Of a stretch of 64,000 bases of DNA, positions 50,260-64,000 are shown piece after piece. The first letter of the stretch is position 1, and the number at the start of each line of letters is the position of its first letter. Origin of the DNA: Yuukianura sp. NJ FZ-2021 (Eukaryota); assembly GCA_046563655.1 (NCBI GenBank), contig CM102286.1:7316001-7380000 (forward strand), in the 5' to 3' direction. Position numbers and translations under genes: made by a program. Under the pieces are notes generated by a model, which was not told the DNA's origin, did not search any database, and worked only from the letters and a program-made list of their open reading frames with translations.

Positions 50260-51158
50260 ATGTCGTCTTTTTTGCGTAATCTGTTTTCTGTAGCGTGGTA
50301 CGTGAGAAGCAATATCATCAACATTTGCATTTCATTTTCTAAAAAAGAATATGAAGTTAATTCCTTTTTCTTGTGAATAGCAATTGCACAAGAAGCACTT
50401 CTCGGCTGTTACAAATTCCACTTTTGCCGTGCAGATTCAAGCCTCTTGGATACGATGTCTCCAGTTATCCCGTCCCCTTTTCTAGAAGTATACATGCGTC
50501 CGCTACGTTGTTGTAAGTGTTTAGATTCCAGTATCTGGAGTCAGCATTGGTTTCGTTGATGTCTATAAAACTAAATTTTTAATAGTGCGGAACCATTGAA
50601 GAAAAAGAAGAAGATGGATCCTGCTATCATCCGAGCTAGAGAAGAAAGGAAAAGGAGGCGTCTAGAAAAGCAAATTAGAAGACTGGAGAAGCATCAACGT
50701 CAGTTGAAACCTTTCGACGAAACGGAAATCCCCATCTCTATAATTGATGAAGCGAGGTTGTTTTTATTAATATTACTGTACTTAGCTGCTACAGTAGTAG
50801 TGCACGAATTGCTACTGATGTGTTGAATCTTTGGTATAACTTTAGGCAAAGATCACGGCAACTTCCCCAATTACCAACAGAAGTTACTGATGCCCGTTGG
50901 AAACTGGTGAAGGAGTGGGGAAATTATAAGAGGAAACAAGTCGAAGCAGAAGTACGATTTTTTCAAATGATGAAACACAGTCAGAATGTAGCGTTAGATG
51001 AACTACGTAATGAGTCAATCTTTCTCTACGAACATGCGATCAAGATCGACCGTGACTTGATTCCTTATCAAGTCAAAGGGCCTACCGATACTCCGCCAAT
51101 TGAAAACTACACCTTCGTAGAAGGGGATTACATTGACGTTTCCAGAAAGTGGGACTAA
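50260..51158 (+). CDS. MRPL40: Mitochondrial ribosomal protein L40
   Basis: Exons 50260-50297, 50381-50512, 50586-50756, 50846-51158; presequence then AEPLKKKKKMDPAIIRAREERKRRRLEKQIRRLEK, GPTDTPPIENY..EGDYIDVSRKW; AATAAA just downstream. Confidence 0.93.
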
Positions 51159-51219
51159 GCACTTAAGTTTTTAATAAATGTATATGAATAAAATCAGAGT
51201 AACTGCACAAACATTTTTA

Positions 51220-51686
51220 GGCTGAGTTGCAGTTTTGTTCTGGAGCCTCCGTTGCGGCCGTCGGCTGTCGGCTGTCGGCTGGATATACTCTTTAGGTTAG
51301 GTTAGGTTAGTTAACCAAAAATTTTCCAAATTCCAAATAAAAAATTTCAAAAAATTACAAAAATTTTCCAAATTCCAAATAAAAAATTTCAAAAAAAAAA
51401 TTTGGAAAATTTTTGGTCAACTAACCTAACCTAAAGAGTATATATCTAGCCGACAGCCGACAGCCGCCGCCGACAGCCGACAGCCACCTCTAACCTAGGA
51501 CCCTTAGACTAACCTAGGACTCCTGATAACAAAAAACAAAAAAAAAATTCAAAATTTTGAAAAAATTTTTCAAAAAACAAAAAAAAATTGCAAAATTGTT
51601 GGTTAACTAACCTAACCTAACCTAGAGTATCCAGCCGACAGCCGACAGCCACCTCGGAAGCTTCAGAACAAAACTGCAACTCAGCC
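51220..51686. mobile_element. Non-autonomous DNA transposon (467 bp), Merlin-like ends, carrying TTAGG repeats
   Basis: TIR GGCTGAGTTGCAGTTTTGTTCTG / CAGAACAAAACTGCAACTCAGCC, 8-bp TSD CATTTTTA (51212-51219, 51687-51694); internal (TTAGG)n/(CCTAA)n and (GCCGACA)n arrays. Superfamily inferred only from GG ends and TSD length. Confidence 0.88.
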
Positions 51687-52128
51687 CATTTTTATTCAGC
51701 ATAAATCGGCAAGAGCTTTCGTTTTTTTGGATGTCAGAGAATTCAGTGGTTTGTTCTCCATTCTTCTTTTAAAAAAACTAACATGTACCTAGTAAATTGT
51801 TTACTTTTATTTAAAAAAAATATTGTATTTTAATAACATTTTTTTAGTACGAGTACGAGACGCATCCACTCATCGTCAGCTGAGCTGTTGTCTCTGGAAT
51901 TGCGAATTGAAGTTTATACTACCTAAGATCAACAACGGCGCGTGGCTTGGAGGCAAGTAAGGTCGTCTCGAAAGTCCAACACCGCCGTCTTTAGTTTGTT
52001 GATACTCATCAGCGGATTGGAAAACGGACAGCAGAAAATTTCTGCTACTATTTTGAAGTAATCGTTAAGCAGTAATTCTTGGTTTTTCGGGTTTCTGGTC
52101 ATCATCATCGTGAATATTGACGAAGGCA

Positions 52129-55100
52129 ATGAATTGGCCTTCATCTAGGGTCAGAGAAACGTTCATACAGTATTTTCTTAGGAATCCCAGACTGCCTCAT
52201 GTTTTTATACCTTCATCGTCAATTGTGCCGCAAAATGACCCATCTCTCGCATTTGTCAACGCCGGGATGAATCAGGTATGTCATTGTAATCCAATTCTCG
52301 TTATTTCACGGTACTAAATCAAAAGGCCGCTGCTAAAGCTTTCTTTTCTAATTTCAGTTTAAGGGCACAATTTTGGGCTATGGAAGACCAAGACATCCGA
52401 GGGTTACCAACAGTCAGAAATGCTTACGGATTAACGACCTAAGTGTAGTCGGAACGGATTCGTATCACCACACATTTTTTGAAATGCTTGGAAACTGGTC
52501 GTTCTCGAATTATTTTAAGGTAAGCATGTTACATGATACTCTGAGCTTGACCTTGGTCTGAGTATACATTTACATACGTGGATAAATGGCTGGCTGAAGA
52601 TGAGGATATCTAAAATTGTCATTGAAATGTTTCCTAGAAAGAAGCTTGTGAGATGGCATGGGATTTGTTGATCAATGTTTATGGACTGCATCCTGAACGC
52701 TTGTACATAACATATTTCTCAGGCGGCGAATCCATCTCTGCTGATCGCGAAACGAAGGAAATTTGGGAAGACATTGGGTAAGCCTAGGTCCCAAGGCCGA
52801 TCATGTAGCAGCAAGGGAGTTTATTCTGAAGAATGTTTATTTACGGGAGAATAAGGATCCGAATCGTATGTGTTATTCTCATTTTACGTGTGCCACAGGT
52901 GATCTCTTGTTTAAACACCTTCGGCAGTATCCCCCCACTTTGCCTGAACGGTTTTAATATTTATTTGCTCGTTTGTGCTTGGCCATTACATTTATTGATT
53001 TTGAAATCGATGACTTTAAATTTCAGTGTACCTTCATCCCGAATTCTTCCATTCGGTAAAGACAACTTCTGGTCAATGGCAAACATTGGTCCCTGCGGTC
53101 CATCCACTGAAATTCATTATGACCACCGAGGAACGTACAACGATCCTAGCAAAGTAAACCAAGATTTTGCATCAGTTGTGGAAATATGGAATCTGGTATT
53201 CATGCAGTACAATAGGTTATGAGCTTAAGCTGAAACTCCCTGGAAGAATTTGATATTCATGGTTTAACTATTCATAATCTTTATAGGACTCCTAAGGGTA
53301 CCTTGGAGCGACTTCCGTTGTCTCATGTTGTTGACACTGGAGCAGGATTGGAGCGACTTACTGCAGTGTTAAATGGGAAAATATCCAACTATGACACGGA
53401 TTTATTTGCTCCAATATTTCAAACTATTCACCAGGTTAGCATTTAAACATTGACGCCTCTTGGGATTGTATAATATAATGATCCAACTAACGTTTTTTTT
53501 TGTTTTTAAGACTGTTGGAGTTCCTATCTACACTGGAAGTTTTCAGCCGGACGCCCAATTAGACTTAGCATACAGAATTTTAGCAGATCATATGCGGGCG
53601 ATAGGCGTGGCGCTTGCAGACGGAATTTTGCCTCAAACCAAGTGAGTAATGCGTTTCCAATACATATACACTTTCGGGTTTTATTAAAGTAAAGCTGTGC
53701 TTCAACGACTAATACGGTTTGTTCCTCTTAATTTAGCCACAAAATACGAAGACTTATCCATCGGTCCCTCTCTATAATTGAGACACATTTCCTGCCTAAA
53801 GTAGACTCGGAGGCAGATATCGTTGATTTTTTGACAGACATTTTGGAGACAGTGAGTATGACAATCTCACACTCATATCCAGAAGTCGAAAAGATGAAGG
53901 AGGAAACCATAGAAATTCTAGAAAGCGAAGTACATCGATTTATTACATCACGAAGGAATAGGACAACTTATCACCCATCACTTCCAAAGTTGCTCACTGT
54001 CGACTTCCCTGCTCTTGCCCGGATTAAGCAGTCGGATCTTGACACGGTAAAAGCAAATGGAGTAGTAGATGGCCCGACGGCGTTCAAATGGTACGTAAAT
54101 GAAATCTATTAATTTATCAATACGAAGAAAGAACTACAACAAATCTACAGTTATGGGTATTCTTTTTCTATTTACCAGGTATGATTCCAATGGCGTGACA
54201 GACGAAGCAGTAGCAGAACTTTGCAAAACCCTCAATATACGATTCGATCTCGACGGGCTACAAATGGAAATGGACAAAGTGAAACGCGTTTTTCGAGAAG
54301 ATGTGGCCAAACAGCTTTTATCCAGTGAGGAGAGTCTGTTCGTCAGAAAGATTGAGTCGTTGCTGTCTCTTTATAATCCACACACCAGTGGAGGTGTATT
54401 CGAAACCAACTTTGACCTAAAAGCTGGTCCAGTCGTCCAAGTCGAATGGGTGTTTGATTGTGATGGAGACCTCGTCGAAGAGCTGTCCGCCGATGAAGGT
54501 TCGTCGTATTGGCTACTCCTAAATCGAACTCCGTTCTTTCCCGGATCTGCTTCTATTGTAGCCGATATAGGCACTATAGAGTTAGAAAACAATTGTCATG
54601 TTCCAATCGTCGATGTGAAGCAGCTTCCGTCTGGATGGATCCTCCACTTAATTACTGTACGTAATTCTGCAATAATTGAATTGAGGATTATGGTTAATAT
54701 TGACATAATGATGGTAAAGGCTAACAAGAATTTTTCTCCAGGATGTACCCGAAATTGGTGTGCGCAGGAAGGCAGAAATACTGGGGTACACTTTGGACCA
54801 ATCAAGACGAGTCGGACGAAGTCTAAGCTTCAACGCAATGTACTATGTCAAGGAATGGCTAAAAGCTAACTTTGGAGTACTAAGATTCAATGAAGAATTT
54901 GTATCCTGGGATCACATAAGACTGGAGCTGACGCTTCTAAACGGAGAACTAAATCACTCGTATGTGCGCAAGTGCGAAGAGCACGTCCGGAAACACAATA
55001 TTCCTATTATCCTGAACAAGAAAACATGGAAGCAAAACGGTGTCTATGACCTTGTCTTTGCTACTGGAGATTCAGCTAATGATTCTATATCAGTCGGGAA

Positions 55101-55867
55101 AGAACTATCGGAAATCATCATGGATCTCAAGCAACTACTCACCACGGCAGAACAAAACTATGCTGTAATTCGGAACAGTATACGAGAACGGGTTGATCAT
55201 CTGTACGATTACATTCATCATGAAGAGACTTCAATTCCTTATGAAATATCTTTGAAGGCAGAGAAAATCATCAATGAAGCAGAACGTCTTTTAGAAAAGA
55301 ACGAACTTTTATTTGAAACTGCCAGAATAGCGAACGAGTTGCGTGAAATAACGGAAATGGGTCAACCGTTTATTGTGGAAAGATTTAACAGCGACGTTGA
55401 GTTTCCATCTTTAATCAAACTCACTCGTGCTGCAGGCAAGACTCCGGCCATTGTCATAGTCGATTCTCCAGATGGATACATCCAAGCACGATGTTCAGTT
55501 CCAGAGGTAAGCCACAAGAAATTTAAAAATTTCGAAAACTTTAAAATTTTGAAATTTTGATTTCTGAATTTGTCTTTAAATTGTGACCTTTATGTTGCAG
55601 GGAATTGTGACAGAAGAGTTCAGAGCGGATAAATGGATGAAGAGTTTTGTGAGCGAACTGGGGCGTGGAATTTACCAAGCACCGCGAGGCCAGGACCCAA
55701 AAACTGTCGTCAATTTAAAGCGAGTGCGAGTACCAAATTTGGCTGAACGTATCACGCAAGGAATTCAAGCTGCACGAGACTTTGCCGCCTCCAAAGTCAA
55801 CTCTGAAGGTTTAGAAGTACTGAATGAAACAAACAGTAACACTCAAAGTCAGAAGACCAGTGACTAA
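52129..55867 (+). CDS. AARS2: Alanine--tRNA ligase, mitochondrial type, divergent C-terminal half
   Basis: Approximate exons 52129-52275, 52358-52519, 52637-52777, 53027-53215, 53287-53434, 53511-53642, 53737-54090, 54179-54659, 54742-55506, 55601-55867. [88 protein letters not shown]. The true start may lie upstream. Confidence 0.9.
52788..52898 (+). pseudogene. Gnaq: Isolated G-protein alpha-q exon inside an AlaRS intron
   Basis: ag/GT CCC AAG ... GCC ACA G/gt, 111 nt, encodes (G)[36 protein letters not shown], matching G-alpha-q [36 protein letters not shown]; no other G-alpha exon seen in the window. Confidence 0.85.
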
Positions 55868-56227
55868 GGTACACGTTTCACTTTGATGAGCAAGGAGACT
55901 AAAATCATCTTGAATTAACCTCAGTGCTTACTCCGCGACCAACACTCTTAGGTTTAATTGGATAAGGAGGAGAGACGATCTTCTGAGCAGACGAAGCGGA
56001 AGTAATGAAAACCTTCCATTATCTCTACATACATCTTGTGACGGGTTGTGTTAGTGCTCGGTCTCTTGCACTTTTGACACAACCAGACTTGTAAAATCCC
56101 AATTATTGAATGAGTAAAACATGGCTTTTTCCTGTTGGTTACAAACAATAAAACTGTCATGTCAAACAAACATTGAGATTTAAGAACTTTGGTGAGGTCC
56201 TTGTCCTCTGCCATTTTGCTAACAACA

Positions 56228-57095
56228 ATGTGCCGAAGTACACTTTCGCTTATTCTGCTCACTTTTATGTGTTCCGTGTTTAGTATTTCCTACGCTGGAA
56301 GCGTTGTTGCTGGACATGGTGTATTTACTAACCGGAGGAATGTTTCGTCCATGATTCGGAGAGTCTTAAGTGATGACACCCTGCGCAGACGCACAGACGA
56401 GACGGACTCCGACGAATCTGGTGACAATGGGAATTCCGGAAGGTCTATTGGTGAACACTGGTTCTGGAATCGTTTTGACTCCAAAGTATTGTCTATACTG
56501 ACCTCTCCAGGAAAATTTTCACTTTCAAATCTTCTGGAACAAGCAAAAATCAGTCTGATGGGACGCATTAGTAAGTTTCTCGACATAATATTTTCGCAAA
56601 TCATTACAGATTTCTGAAAAACTGAATTGAATTGTTGTTTTCTTACAGAATCAAACGCAGCCATTGCGGTTAAGGCTCGAAGTGACATGGGGTGGGATGG
56701 GTCTAGCAGCGGACATAGCGGCGGTGGACATGGAATTCCTACTTTGGAAATCGCGCTGTTAACTCTAGCGTTTCTCACTTTTGCGGTATTTGTGATTAAC
56801 CTTATCCAGGTAACAAGTGACAAATGTTTAATATCATTCTTTAACCAGCATTTGTGGTAACTTGAGGTAACATTTTCTTCTAAATAATCAGCAACTGATT
56901 GCTCGTATGATGATGGCAATGAGCGGATCGGGGATGATCGGACGCAAGCGCAGAAGCTTGTTGCCGCTTCCATTAAGAACTGATGCCCAATCGCTGCAGG
57001 AATACTCAGAACTTACCACTTCAGTACTTGCAGCGATTGAAAATACAACTAGTACATCGGAATTCAACCGCTCGGCAAAGAATTTTTTCAGTTGA
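56228..57095 (+). CDS. Uncharacterised membrane protein (signal peptide, Gly/His/Ser linker, one TM, RKRR site)
   Basis: Exons 56228-56570, 56649-56809, 56892-57095 in phase; MCRSTLSLILLTFMCSVFSISYA, TM IALLTLAFLTFAVFVINLIQ, GRKRRS. Confidence 0.8.
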
Positions 57096-57647
57096 AGTGG
57101 AAACGGATTCGAATAACATGTACACGTATACTCATTTTTAGCTAACAATTGGTAAATAGGAAGTTGTTGTAGCCTTTAATCGTCAACTCATTCAGTCAAT
57201 AGCTGTATTTATTTCAGACGTAACTTAAAAAAACAGGCATTCAGGATTATTAGTGCTCATCAATTCCTCTCTTTTTTTATTTTGGAATTTTGAGGACTCA
57301 TTAAAAGTTTCTTTTGTAGCTTACCCACTTTCCCACAGCGCATGCGAAACTTTGCCATAGGCCATAAGATATGATCTTTTTGCGTCCTTAATTATGGGAC
57401 TCCTTAAGATGCTTTTTAAAATTTTGTCACACCTTAATACCAAGTGTAATTACAGCCATCTTCACACGTTGGCACTTTTGCCAAAATTGACAATTTCTTA
57501 AGCGGGAACTCATGAATATAATACGTCTAGAACTTGTGGTGGATTCTTGACAGTCAGTATTGATCCCTGATAGAGTTGAGTTCTTTACTCAACAGAGCTA
57601 AGTATTCGGCTTTAGGAAATTTTGAAATTCTGGCAAAATTTTGAACG

Positions 57648-58665
57648 ATGCAGGATAATGTTTCGCTTCAACGCGTTGTTCTTATTGTGTTCTTGGGAAT
57701 CGTAGTTAGTGTGATTCAAGTAGCGTGTAATAAGCAAAATGGAGGAATCCATGTTGAGCATACTACGGCGTCTCCCGAAAGTGGCCCGAAGTCTCCATTT
57801 TCCAGTTTTGACCAAGGCATTAGTGATTTGACTGGTCAAAATTTCAGTACTTTTAGAATTTTACAAAGAAGCATAGAGACGCTCAACACTCCGTCTACTT
57901 GGATGCCAGGGATTCTGAAAACCATGAAGAATTATTTAGGTAGCTTTGAAGTTTGAGCAGATTTTCAATTCAAAACAGACTCTAATTTGATGTTTCGCAC
58001 CAAAAAATTGAATTTTCCAGGGAATGCAAAACAGTTTGGAGTGCCGGGATTCGGGCCGGGACTGGGTGGACCAGGATTTGGATACGGCGGAGGAGACTTC
58101 GGAATGACCGGGGCAGCTTGCATGATTGCTCTTGTGGGGATAATTACTTTTATGATGTTTTTGTTACAGGTTAATTATTCAATTCAAACAAAGTATTTCT
58201 AAGCTAAGCTATGAGACAAAACTTATGCAAACTTGATTTTGTGTCATGCTGCAGCCAGGAATGCATCATAAGAAGCGGAGAATGTCGCGGCGACTGCGTG
58301 GAAATCCTCCATCATCTCCTTATGCCTACAAGTCATCATGGGAACTGCCGGAAGGAGGAAAGCAATTCTCTTCCGACTCCACACCCTATGTCATGAGTGG
58401 ACCAATTGTAATGCCCGGTCCACTTCCAACGATGACGACAACAGGAATAGAGCCAGAGTATGAAAATGGCTACTCTGTACAGAAGCAATCCAAAAGCAAA
58501 GGTTACAAAAGTAAGTCGAAGACTATGGGATCTTCTGCTGGAAAATCGTACTCAAGCGCGGCAGCGATGGAATCAATCGACGAATATGCAATGCCTTCGG
58601 AAAATAACGAAGATAAACTTACCAAGGAAGAGATCATGTACATCCTTAAGTCTCTGGATGATTGA
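57648..58665 (+). CDS. Uncharacterised membrane protein (signal peptide, Gly-rich linker, one TM, basic motif)
   Basis: Exons 57648-57939, 58021-58169, 58255-58665 in phase; VVLIVFLGIVVSVIQVAC, GFGPGLGGPGFGYGGG, TM AACMIALVGIITFMMFLLQ, HKKRR. Confidence 0.8.
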
Positions 58666-59138
58666 AATTCGTAACGTTGACATTCGTCAAATGCGTCGTC
58701 TCACGCACGATGTTTTTTGTATACTCAGCTACCAAGTATCTTCACTAGTGTAACAATTTTGTTGGATTTGATTTTTACAATTTCGCTTTTGACAAGAAAC
58801 AATAGGCTAGAGGTATTTATAGCACCTGTATTTATTTAAAATGTTTCAAAAAATTCCATAAGTGCAATAATTATGTGCTGTTCCACTCGCTACAGAGTTG
58901 TTGATTTTAGTTAATTACAAATTGGACGTTTCCACTGCGTTTTCCAAATTCTACAGACCCTATATTGCCGCTAGGTGAAAGTTTGATCAATTTGGTTCAG
59001 AAATTTTAGAATAGAGAAAACACATTAACACGCCTCGCGTTTCATTTTTTTTTTTGCACAACATAGAACGTATACTAATTTAATCCAAAATCTCGATTGG
59101 TTTTATAAGGTCAATTTTTGAAATTTTTACACTAGTAA

Positions 59139-60867
<1,729 letters not shown>

Positions 60868-61643
60868 ACGAGTTCTTCCGCTAGTAATGATTTGAATTTA
60901 CACAATTGGTAGACAAATTCAATTGGATTGTAAATAAAACTTTCAAAAAAATTTTTTTTAAACCCTTGCTCTGTCTTCAATGCAACCTGCCAGGCTGCAC
61001 GCCTACTCTTTTTTCGAATTATAATAAAAAAAAATTCTTTGCTTTAAAAATCTGTTTCTAAAAAATTTTTATAAAGTTTCAATAAATTTCTGTCATAATC
61101 AATAAAATAAATAAGGTGGTACCTAATCATTACTATGAGCTAAGTACCATACACTAGAAAAAAAAGCATTTGTAAGAAAAACCGTGTCGATTTGTAAAGT
61201 GTCCAGGACTTGCTATTTTTAGATCAAATTAAATTCGCATGTTGAGTTGCTTTTTTACGTGGAAGTGGTGCTGTAGCTGGTGGTATCAGGTAACTGACAA
61301 TGAGATATTGATCACCGCCACCTTGGATACTTCTTCCGTCATTAATGGAACCAGGGGTGTGTGTTCCCACAAAAAAAAAAGAAAAAAAGACATAGAACTA
61401 GAACTAATTTTTAGAAAGGTGTTTGTTAATTGCATAGTCCATTATCATTTTCTCGGGAATTCTATAATGACACCCCCTCCCCCGCTAGTAGTTTTCTGGA
61501 ATGTAAAAGTCGCATGTTTTGTGCCAAAATAATTCTATACAGGAGGCAAGCATGAGTGATTGACTGACTGAGTGAGTGAGAAGAGTGACAATGTTTGTCA
61601 AAATGATGAAAAATGTTCAGACAATTTTTGGTTTGCGGAAAAG

Positions 61644-64000
61644 ATGTTAGCTGGAAAGAGTGATAGTTTGTGTGGTGAAAGCAATCAATCGGAATTCGAT
61701 TGTACTTGCTGCATGGATTTCCTGGATCTAACAAATGGTGAGTTGAACCACCTCAAACCTGACTTTCATTATTTTCGTGTTTCTGCATTTCCGCACACGT
61801 CGTGCACTTGTATTACACTTACGATTTCTTAAGAAAACTTTTACTTTCTTCTCCACAAAAAAATTCTAAAGACTTTCTCCACTTAAAGTTTCCGTCTAAT
61901 ACTGATTTGACGGCGGCACGCATTTTGCAAGCCATGGCGTACCAGCATGTCTGTCATGGAACTCCAAGCCAAGTACTTCCCTATTCGACCTCGAGGTGTG
62001 TTCACGGTAGTTTAGAACAACAGTAGTGCCAGGGAAAGCTTGTTCAAAAAAAAGGTCAAAATTTAGTTCAAAATTTTTCTAAACACTGGTTCAAAAGATT
62101 TGTTTTAAAAGGGGGAGTGATGTCCACTGAACTGAGGAATGCAATTAAAGTTGCTGCGCTCTACCCTCCAATGCAACATGAAGAAAAGGCTTGTAATCAG
62201 CAGAAGCTGCGAGAACCTAAGCAACTTTACAGCGCCACTTCACTACAGCATCCTCCCAAGTGGCCAATAGAATGTCAGGTAATTTTAATTAAAAAAAGCT
62301 TGATTGGAATATTATGTGTTGAAACTTTTTAACACAAGTTTTAACTCAAATGTTTCAACTTAACAAATTGTAATAAATTTGAATAGGTTGTTCCAGAAAA
62401 AGTCGAGCAACTAAATATTCCACCTACAATTCCGGAACCGTTTTATGTAACAACAAATTCAGAACCGCAACCGAGGCCAGTCGGAGAGGAAATGGGAACT
62501 GTAATTTACGACTATCAGCCAAAACTCTGCGTTGATTATGTAATACATATTTAATAATTACATTTTACAAGTCAATTTCAAGAGAAAAATGAAATTTTTT
62601 GATTTTTTTCTCAAGTATTGTCGTTCATCTTTTGTTGGAGCTGAGGAACTAACAGCCTATGATTTTGATGAAACGACACTGAAATTTGAATCGCGGTTTG
62701 AAGGTGGAAATCTTGCAAAAGTAATTAAGGTGACCAACGTTTTTTACGAACTGTACCTCCGACCAGATATGTACACAGACAGACATGCGCAATGGTACTA
62801 CTTCCGAATACGAAACATGAAAGAAAATATTGTTTACAGGTGGAGTTGTTTGATATACTATGTAAATTATTGAAAATGGATTGCTTAGAACAGATTTTGA
62901 TGAGTTTTGTTCCTATTGTTGGGGTTTCCTTAGATTTTCAATAGTGAACTTAAGTAAGGCCGACAGTCTGTATCGGTATGGAATGAAACCACTTCTGTAT
63001 TCAGAGAAAAACGCTCAAATGAATGGCGTCGGGTGGATGCGAACTGGCCACAATATTTCATACTACAAAAACGACATTATGTAATTCCAATGTGGTACAA
63101 TAATTTTTCAAAAACAAATTAAGTTTATATGTGCTTTTATTTAAATAGGATGACTGAGAATTCTGTTACGTACACTCTTACGTTCAACTTAAAATTTCAA
63201 CACAGCGATGATACGGTTTATATTGCTCAGTGCTATCCCTACACATACTCAAATCTCCAATTGTATCTACAGGAAATTCAGGTTATACGCAAACAAGCGA
63301 TGTTAAAAGTTAATAATTTGAATTAATTATTCCCTTAAGCTGTATTATATTTTATTCCGTAAATTTTAGTCTGATCCACATAGAGCGCGTCTTTGTCAGC
63401 AGCGTCTTTTGTGCAAGTCCTTGGCAGGAAATAATGTTTATGTGCTGACCATCACAGCTCCAGAAAGTCAAGAAGAAGAAGAGCAGGTCAAAGTTAGTCC
63501 TAAATATTTTAACCACACATATTTTGTTGTCCTCTAATTTGCCACAGAACAAAAAATTTCTCTGTTTAGAAGCCAGCAATCGTGTTAACGGCTCGTGTTC
63601 ACCCTGGAGAAAGTCCATCATCGTTTATGATGAAGGGGGTAATTGACTTCCTCACAAGTGAAAGTCCTCATGCGGAGGTCAGTATAGCTTTGAAAGCATA
63701 AGTATTTGTGTACCGAACCTCTAAAACTACATTGTTGTAATTTTTAGGTTCTGCGGAATCGTTTCATATTCAAGATAATTCCGATGTTGAATCCTGACGG
63801 AGTGGTTGTTGGAAACTCAAGGTGCTGCTTGTTAGGTCAAGATTTGAACAGACAGTATCGAACTGTTCTACGCGAAGCGTTTCCACAAATTTATCAAAAG
63901 AAAGTCCTCCTCCGACGACTTGTGGATGAAAACGGGATTTTTCTATATTGTGATATTCATGGCCATTCCAGAAAGAACAATGTTTTCATGTACGGTTGTG
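61644..64000 (+). CDS. AGBL2: Cytosolic carboxypeptidase (M14D, CCP2/3 / NnaD-like tubulin deglutamylase), 3' end outside the window
   Basis: Approximate exons 61644(or 61713)-61737, 62112-62278, 62387-62539, 62616-62839, 62934-63080, 63149-63281, 63370-63486, 63569-63677, 63748->64000. [66 protein letters not shown]-terminal block suggests the CCP2/3 group. Start codon uncertain. Confidence 0.9.

Noticed and set aside
56290..56973. 227-aa minus-strand ORF
   Set aside because: Antisense shadow of the plus-strand three-exon gene, non-ATG start, no motifs.

Overview
AT-rich eukaryotic genomic DNA, most likely an arthropod (Ptp99A- and genderblind-type genes, TTAGG repeats inside a mobile element, mostly 55-100 bp introns); the species cannot be named from the sequence. 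The first 24.6 kb is a Ptp99A-like receptor tyrosine phosphatase with large 5' introns. It is followed by a 5'-truncated but uninterrupted CRE-type (RT plus restriction-like endonuclease) retrotransposon with a poly(A) tail and a 13-bp TSD. A gene-dense block follows: a spliced Smac/DIABLO-like gene missed by the ORF track, a small orphan, a genderblind-like SLC7 transporter, a SERTA-like ORF, an ORF-poor region, a Tyr-rich protein, UBAC1, MRPL40, mitochondrial AlaRS, two single-TM membrane proteins, TTLL1 and a cytosolic carboxypeptidase running off the end. Three MITEs have clear TIRs and 8-bp TSDs. The most unusual items are a single G-alpha-q exon inside an AlaRS intron, a DIABLO-like protein without AVPI, a mitochondrial AlaRS with an eroded editing site, and a tubulin glutamylation writer next to an eraser. 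All exon models were spliced by eye and all homology calls are from recalled motifs; no searches were run.
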